DNA of 63,765 nt, filler included, from an uncultured virus (IMG/VR IMGVR_UViG_2049941000_000602) (taxonomy: Duplodnaviria > Heunggongvirae > Uroviricota > Caudoviricetes). It is 12 parts of one record of this genome, joined end to end, with 100 filler letters (N's around TTAATTAATTAA, not from the genome) between each part and the next. Parts side by side here need not be neighbours in the genome. Positions count along the whole stretch, not along the records: positions 60,696 to 63,765 come from IMGVR_UViG_2049941000_000602; 11 more parts are not named here. One strand, given 5' to 3'. Shown here one piece after another: positions 62,005 to 63,765 of this stretch. Position numbers and translations under genes: made by a program. Numbering within the stretch: the stretch's first letter is position 1; each line of letters opens with the position of its first letter. The notes beneath the pieces are model-generated. The model had not been told where the DNA came from and made no database searches. It saw nothing but the letters and a program-made list of their open reading frames with translations.

Positions 62005-62442
62005 ATGGACGAATCAATCTGGAAGCAATACTTCACACCGCCTTTCATCCGGGATACATTCGAGCCCGGGATAATATGGGATTCCGATGGACTCATGGTG
62101 ACCTCGCCATCTGACAAGATGGAAGACGTCGAGGACTATGACATATCCGCCGTGGAGAAAGTCATGGACGCCATTGTCGAGGCGATGAACGCCTCCTGCG
62201 AGGGAAGGGCGCCCGAAAAGACAGTCCGGTTCGACACAGTCGAATACGAATGCATCAACTTAAGCTTCGGCGCTCTAGGATACGACCTGAACCTGCTTCT
62301 CCGTAGCTGGGGTTACCTTACCGGATACAAACGGCTCAAGGATGATGTTGCCGCGGGCATCCAGGATTCGCTCGGGCAATTTATCGTTGAATGCATCAAG
62401 AATGCAAGCAAAGGAGACGAAAATGAAGAACAGGGACGATGA
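62005..62442 (+). CDS. Hypothetical phage protein
   Basis: F.PPF......IWD..G.M ... LLRSWGYLTG...L....AA.IQD; ATG 4 nt after promoter motif. Confidence 0.7.
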   Translation: MDESIWKQYFTPPFIRDTFEPGIIWDSDGLMVTSPSDKMEDVEDYDISAVEKVMDAIVEAMNASCEGRAPEKTVRFDTVEYECINLSFGALGYDLNLLLRSWGYLTGYKRLKDDVAAGIQDSLGQFIVECIKNASKGDENEEQGR

Positions 62443-62629
62443 CCTGATGCGTACAATCAGGAAGGACAAGCTGGCAGATGACGTGGCAAGCCTTATCGTG
62501 AACCGCTGGGGAATCAACCTCTGCTCGGTCAAGTCCATCGTAATCAACCGGCAACCGGACGGCCAGCTCACCGACCTGCACGTGGAGTTCATCCCGAATC
62601 CTGATGGGGACGAAAAATGGAAAGAGTAA
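62423..62629 (+). CDS. Hypothetical protein
   Basis: AAGGAG RBS; RQPDGQL....VEFIP. Confidence 0.55.
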   Translation: MKNRDDDLMRTIRKDKLADDVASLIVNRWGINLCSVKSIVINRQPDGQLTDLHVEFIPNPDGDEKWKE

Positions 62630-63027
62630 AGGAATACCTCAACCAAATCAANNNNNNNNNNAATGGCTCCACGCCGTGTTCGTCGAGGAATCGCCGGACT
62701 ACGTCTACGAGGACGAAATGGAGGAAAAAGATGATTAACGCCAAAGAAGCACTCAAGATTACCAACGACTCCATCATGACCTACGTCAACAAGATTGAGG
62801 AGGGTATCAAGGCGGCAGCCGCGCTCGGCAAGCACCGCTACGAACACCTCTTNNNNNNNNNNTTTCCGCAAGTATCTCGACGACGAGATAGCCATCATAA
62901 GGGACGCCAAGGAAAGATGCACGGTCGACCGGGTATGCCCCGGGATGCTCTGGAAACTCCGGGGGAAACTCCGGGACTGCCTGCATAGGCTGGCCGACGC
63001 AATTTAAAAAGGGACCNNNNNNNNNNG

Positions 63028-63765
63028 TTAAGCCAATATAACCAACTGTGCGAGTTCCTTGCACGGCTGCGGGATGTCATCACGACGCAGCAGCATCTCG
63101 CACACGTTATTGTACATGCGGTTGAGCGCGCTTTCCTTCGGCTGGTCGTATGAGTTGTAGACCATATCGGCCAGCTTGATGAGAAGTGCGTCCTTGCTGA
63201 GGGAGCAGAGCTTCTCNNNNNNNNNNNNNNNNNNNNNNNNNNNNNNNNNNNNNNNNNNNNNNNNNNNNNNNNNNNNNNNNNNNNNNNNNNNNNNNNNNNN
63301 NNNNNNNNNNNNNNNNNNNNNNNNNNNNNNNNNNNNNNNNNNNNNNNNNNNNNNNNNNNNNNNNNNNNNNNNNNNNNNNNNNNNNNNNNNNNNNNNNNNN
63401 NNNNNNNNNNNNNNNNNNNNNNNNNNNNNNNNNNNNNNNNNNNNNNNNNNNNNNNNNNNNNNNNNNNNNNNNNNNNNNNNNNNNNNNNNNNNNNNNNNNN
63501 NNNNNNNNNNNNNNNNNNNNNNNNNNNNNNNNNNNNNNNNNNNNNNNNNNNNNNNNNNNNNNNNNNNNNNNNNNNNNNNNNNNNNNNNNNNNNNNNNNNN
63601 NNNNNNNNNNNNNNNNNNNNNNNNNNNNNNNNNNNNNNNNNNNNNNNNNNNNNNNNNNNNAAGCCATGCCACCCCTCTTGGATGTACGAAGTACGGCATA
63701 CCGCTGCCCTTGCGTTCCTGGTGGGCATGCCTGCCCTTTGCGAAGTAGTACATTGCGCGGCACTC
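63028..63765 (-). CDS. Allele of second HD hydrolase (gapped)
   Basis: HAHQERKGSGMPYFVHP ... KLADMVYN, linking the 60696 and 58472 pieces. Confidence 0.8.
   Translation of the reverse strand, partial: ECRAMYYFAKGRHAHQERKGSGMPYFVHPRGVAWLXXXXXXXXXXXXXXXXXXXXXXXXXXXXXXXXXXXXXXXXXXXXXXXXXXXXXXXXXXXXXXXXXXXXXXXXXXXXXXXXXXXXXXXXXXXXXXXXXXXXXXXXXXXXXXXXXXXXXXXXXXXXXXXXXXXXXXXXXXXXXXXXXXXXEKLCSLSKDALLIKLADMVYNSYDQPKESALNRMYNNVCEMLLRRDDIPQPCKELAQLVILA

Noticed and set aside
1..63765. Stop-codon reassignment as in some gut megaphages
   Set aside because: Well-identified genes are uninterrupted in code 11 and end at TAG (infA, clpP, infC), TGA (nrdD, RNA ligase) and TAA (helicase, terminase)
1..63765. 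tRNA or rRNA genes
   Set aside because: No cloverleaf or rRNA-like segment recognised by eye; tRNAscan-SE would be needed to exclude them

Overview
This window is not one continuous molecule. It is about 12 scaffolds joined by an artificial N-flanked TTAATTAATTAA spacer, with many 10-N joins that have near-identical allelic copies on either side (co-assembly of several close strains). The content is that of a large T4-related (jumbo-type) tailed phage in the standard genetic code. It includes a gp17-like terminase nuclease domain, a gp3-like tail protein fragment, nrdD/nrdG, a Dda/RecD-like helicase, RNA ligase, PhoH, ClpP, an AAA ATPase, a ParB-like protein, two HD (Mesh1/SpoT-like) hydrolases, glycosyltransferases, and translation initiation factors IF-1 and IF-3 (the latter with a duplicated N-terminal domain). 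About 25 kb encode a family of modular fibre proteins: GC-rich conserved adaptor/shaft segments fused to AT-rich, interchangeable Fib_succ_major or LamG-like heads. A Fibrobacter-type cadherin-repeat surface protein, the Fib_succ_major expansion and TAnnTTTG promoters suggest a Fibrobacter (FCB group) host. Two promoter classes can be read directly from the DNA: TTGCTATATTTG (9 copies, before non-structural genes) and (T)ATAAACT (13 copies, mostly before putative virion genes). Several sit at spacings that suggest leaderless mRNAs. A helically phased DnaA-box-like array between phoH and clpP is a candidate origin. All calls come from motif recognition by eye; no database search was run, and adjacency across N gaps is unreliable.
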